A DNA stretch of 64,000 bases from Macrostomum lignano. Lineage: Eukaryota. Positions within the stretch are counted from its first letter, which is position 1, and the number at the start of each line of letters is the position of its first letter. The position numbers were made by a program, and so were the translations under genes. The DNA is taken from assembly GCA_002269645.1 (NCBI GenBank), contig NIVC01002616.1:1-64000 (forward strand), in the 5' to 3' direction. This document shows, one piece after another, positions 59,463 to 64,000 of this stretch. The notes under the pieces were generated by a model. That model did not search any database, was not told where the DNA came from, and worked only from the letters and a program-made list of their open reading frames with translations.

Positions 59463-62400
59463 ATGGCCGACTCGCTGAAACGCTGGTGGCAGAGGCGACT
59501 CTGCATCAAGAGGGCCAGACGGCACAACCTGCAGGACGCGAGGAAGAGGCCGAGTCTTCAAAGACAGCGAAATTCCAGTCTAAAATGTCAGCAACAACAA
59601 GCTGAAGCAGTCGGCAACAGTGACCCGGCAGGCAGGGATGCTGCGTCTGTCCCAGGGACAGCAATAGAAAGCGGCGGCGCCGAAACGGAGCCGCAACCTC
59701 CGCCTCCTCCGCCGCAGCCACCGCCGTTGCAGCCGCAGCACCTCCAGATGAGTCGCACCACTTTTACATCGGTGCTGCCTCGGGTGGCCAGCCGGCTGCA
59801 CACAATTCACGAAGAGGAGGATGGCGGCAGTCGGAGCGCCTCCAACGCGTTCGGCTGGGCCAGCAGTCAAGAGGAGGCGACCGCGAACGACTATTGTCCG
59901 TCGGACGACTTGGACTCGCGAGCCATCTTCGATTCCGACCAGTCCGATCTGGACCGAGAGTTGATTGAGTGCAGAAATCAAACAAGAAACAATGCTAAGC
60001 TTGAGTCCGATGATGCAGATCCAGCAGGGCAACTGAAGGCCGAAGCGCCCGCCGCTGTGGCTATGGCTGCGGTTGCTGAGAACTTTGATGACGATGCAGA
60101 CGAGGCTATGGAGGCTGCGACTATTTCGGAAGCGTTCACAACAGCCATGACTCGAACAGGAACCGCCACCACCACCTGCACCACGCCGTCACCGTCTATC
60201 GCTAGGCAGAACTCGCCGCTGCCTGAACGATCGTGGATTCCCAGCAGGCGATGTCGGCGAAACAATCACCACGGGCATGGCAGAACTTCGAAGCCCAACT
60301 GCGGGCGCGGCGCTGACATCGGATGGCCCAACGTCCGGCTCGAGAAGGTGACAATCCAGCCGCATTCAACAGCTACTTGTGGCCGTCGTATCAGCTGCCT
60401 CGAGACCCGCCGCACGTCTGGCCGGGGCAAGTGCGACGAGTTGAATTTCGATATGGCGGAAGAAGACTACAGCGGTAATCGTCTGCGAAATCCGATCCGA
60501 GAGCCGTCGGCATCCCCGGAGCAGTCAAGTGAGGCCGTCTTTGGCATCGCCTGCGCCCTGCAAACCTCGGACTTGGAGTCGTCGTTTCCATGCTCATCTT
60601 CTGAGAAGACCAACAGCAGTTTACAAAAAATCAGTGGCAGCAAAGCCGCCAAAAATTTTACGAATTTGTCCAATGTCTACGGACAGCCGACAGCGGGTTT
60701 GGCTGCGAATGCGGCTGAGTCAGTATCTGCTGGCAAACGGCAGTCGTCTCGCATCACTCGAATTTGGCTCGACGTGAAAAGTTCAAGCAGCGACAGAACT
60801 GCGGAGCAGAACGAAAAAGCAAGGGAGAGTCGACGAAAAACAAAGAAGGAAGAGACAATGGAAGAGGAACCGGAAACAGAGCCGGAAACGGAGCCAGAGA
60901 CGGAGCCGGAAGTAGAGAAGGAGCATGAAGAACCGGAAGAGCAAAAAAACCCTTCGCCACCACCGCAGAATGTTGAGCGGAGAAATTCTTCCGAAAAGAA
61001 AATCAAAGTAAAGCGAGAGCCTCGAAGCAGCCATCATAGTCAGCAGGAAGACTCGGGTGACGACGAACAGGTCTTTGTTTACGAAGCCACGGTGGCATTG
61101 GATACCCCGGCTAACGTCGACAATGCTGAGAAGCCAGCTAAGGAAATCAACAGCTCGGTAAGTTGTAAGTCGGTCTGTAAAAAGTTTATAGTTACCGCTG
61201 TAGATAGTTTGATCTCTAAAATCTTTGAGTTGGTCTTTATTGGTTGATTTGCACCTGTGCTGAATTCTCAACAACCCAGCGAGCAGGTGGTGACAAGCTG
61301 GACACCCAGCCAGAGAAACCGCCGGACTGTGCCGGCTGTTTCGGCTCTTTTGAGAACGGGCGACAACCGCGTTGCAACTGCTGCTGCCCGTCTGTACGCT
61401 GCTGTTGCCGCCATGACAACCATATGATGGGGAGGCTGCCGGATGCCGCGTCATCTGGCTGCGGCGGATGTCATCAGCGCTGCTCGTGCTGCTGCTGCCA
61501 CAACTGCAGCACTCGGTCGCCGATAGGCTCCGCCTGTGTCTCTAGCCACAGGTGTTGTAACAACCGCAGCCAGCATCAACGAGGTCATAGGACCATCGGC
61601 TGCTCCGGTGCCTACGGTGGCTGCTGTTGCGGCTGCTGCAACCCGGGCTACCAGCCTCCAATGCGCTACATCAATCCGCACTCGATGGCGCAGTACGACC
61701 TGGCCGAGCCGTGGATTTGGCAGCCGCCCGTGTCGCCAGAGGAGCACCGACAACAGCTTGTCAACGTATCGGAGGGACAAGCAAAAAAGACAATAGCTGA
61801 AGCTGAAAGTCTATTAAAATCGGCTTCCAGGCAGCCTGCGCAAGAATGCGATGTAGACAAGTATGAAAAGGTTTACATGGTTCTTTGTGATAGGAGAGTG
61901 TAAATGACGCCTTGCCAGACTCTCTACATTTGCTAGACGGTCTAGCTGTTTTCCCTTTCAATCTTTCACTAGATCTCGCAATCCAGCCGTGCGCCCCAGA
62001 AAACCCACCACCCCAATAGCACACAAACCAGCCGTGCGTCCCAAAAAACCCACCACCCCAATAGCACGCAATCCAGCCGTGCGTCTCAAAAAACCCACCA
62101 CCCCAATAGCACGCAATCCAGCCGTGCGTCCCAAAAAACCCACCACCCCAATAGCACGCAATCCAGCCGTGCGTCCCAAAAAACCCACCACCCCAATAGC
62201 ACGCAATCCAGCCGTGCGTCCCAAAAAACCCACCACCCCAATAGCACGCAATCCAGCCGTGCGTCCCAAAAAACCCACCACCCCAATAGCACGCAATCCA
62301 GCCGTGCGTCCCAAAAAACCCACCACCCCAATAGCACGCAATCCAGCCGTGCGTCCCATAAAACCCACCACCCCAATAGCACACAAACCAGCCGCGCACA

Positions 62401-63061
62401 CCTCATAAAACCCACCACCCCAATAGCACGCAATCCAGCCGTGCGTCCCATAAAACCCACCACCCCAATAGCACACAAACCAGCCGCGCACACCTCATAA
62501 AACCCACCACCCCAATAGCACGCAATCCAGCCGTGCGCCCCAAAAAACCAACCAACCCCAATCGAACACAATAAAACCAGTGCCTAAAAAGATGCACTAT
62601 TAGAGCAAATCTGCAGCACAACGCAGTCTTTTTGTACCCACAATTTTTACAGAACTGACATTCAACAACAAGCTGCGTCACTACAGGATGGAGAGCAGCG
62701 GCTCGAGCAGCCAGCAAAGCATCCTGCCTCTACTAGCAACGTTGCAAACTGGCCCAGGCGGTCGCCAGATCCAAACAGCTGGATGACGGACCGCAACTCT
62801 CAACTGACCAACCTGGCTTTACTAACTAGCAGCGGCGACTTTCGCGGTCATCGTCGGCAAGATCAAAAATTGTTCTCACCGTCGTCCGGTTTTCGATCCT
62901 CGTCGACGTCCTCGTCTGACTGCTCGTCAGCTCGGGTGACTATCCAGTCGTCTAGAGACGGCGGCGTCGAACACGCAACCGACGCTAGCGGACGCTATCG
63001 GATCTCGTCCTCGTCTAGCGTTGATGTAGCCGTGAACTTTATTAAAGGACGCCGGCGTTGA
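59463..63061 (+). CDS. Orphan, largely disordered protein with Pro/Glu-rich and Cys-rich segments
   Basis: Exons 59463-61157 (tcg|gtaagt), 61280-61870 and 62687-63061 join in phase 0. No recognisable globular domain. The last exon is less certain. Confidence 0.6.
61978..62560. repeat. 45-bp minisatellite in intron of orphan gene
   Basis: Unit aatccagccgtgcgtcccaaaaaacccaccaccccaatagcacgc. Confidence 0.95.
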
Positions 63062-64000
63062 TGGGCACTACTTAAACATTGGGCGGGTCACTTTCCCATC
63101 CCCATCATCGCCTTCGATTTAGCGACCGCTGGAATAGCAGCTGCTATGAGAATAGGCGCATAAGCTTTTTACTTATAATCATTTTTGCCCGAGCATTTTT
63201 GATCTCTGGAATAGTAATTCATAGCTAACAATAAGTGATTCGCGGGGCTGTTGCTAACTGGTCTTGAATTTTGGTGAAGTTTTGCTTCGTCCTGTTTAAT
63301 TTTTTTCACCTTCTCATTACAGAAATTTTCATTCCCAACCGTTGACTTCAGCGTATTTTATTTCCATTTTTTTGCTTTGTTTATTTTTACTTTTCTCTGC
63401 GAAGCGAAACCGTCCAGTGCCGGCAGCTCTGGGACTTCCCTCTACCCTATAAATAAAAATTCGAAGTGGGGCGCCGTATTAACAAAAATGAATGCGAGGC
63501 AAAGAGAGAACAATGTCATTGCACATATTTTTACACCTTATACGGCGCTAAAACAAAACTCTGACTTAACAGGATAAACGAAGGTTGAAGGTGTCATTTG
63601 AAGGTACCTTCTTTGTAGAGGATAAGCATATATGTACTTATAATTATATTATAATTTAAATAAGACACATCTCAACTTTATATACTTTTATATTAAACCT
63701 GAATTTTTTGACATTACCTTTGTCCTAAAACTTCTATTTTTCATCGATTATTTTGATGGAAATCATTTCAAAGCTCCGACGAAAGAAATTGAAATATCAC
63801 CAAACAAACTCACATGTAAAGTTATGCGCAATAAATTCGTCAACTAAATATTCAAACTCCAAAGTTATAGCTTTATAGTTCAGAATTCAAATGTACTCGT
63901 ATATTATTTTATACTATTTTGTACGCATTTCGAAACCTTTAAATCCAGATAATTATACGATTAATATATCATATAGTACTACTTAAACGCGATTAGTCAG

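Noticed and set aside
61761-62717. (GTHGWIACYWGGGFF)n and (PKKPTTPIARNPAVR)n ORFs
   Set aside because: Read-through of the 45-bp intronic minisatellite.

Overview
Repeat-rich eukaryotic (animal) genomic DNA with GT-AG introns, GC-rich exons and no prokaryotic features. The style (short introns, dense intronic minisatellites, RTE elements, tRNA-SINEs) suggests an invertebrate such as the flatworm Macrostomum; that is inference. I can build five spliced genes by hand with consistent intron phases. (1) + strand 5280-~14129: IFIT/TTC22-like TPR solenoid, then a putative HEPN-like RNase domain, then a recently tandem-amplified array of ZC3H7/HELZ2-type CCCH zinc-finger modules. This is the most interesting item and is a candidate RNA sensor-effector. 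(2) - strand 38713-20462, 14 exons: a protein 4.1/coracle-like FERM-FA gene with two DDX1-type SPRY domains inserted, one apparent frameshift, and a different minisatellite in 10 of 13 introns. (3,4) Two tandem CLCA-like genes (48228-52482, 54518-58368) that have lost the HExxH zinc-protease motif and share a near-identical ~0.9 kb tract. (5) An orphan disordered/Cys-rich gene (59463-63061). Intergenic and intronic DNA holds RTE LINE ends with (GTT)n tails, a mariner remnant, a Chapaev-like element with ~400 bp TIRs, several MITEs, two tRNA-SINEs, a decayed Penelope-like GIY-YIG fragment and a CpG desert. An over-represented TACTCGTA/TACGAGTA motif behaves like a transposon excision footprint.
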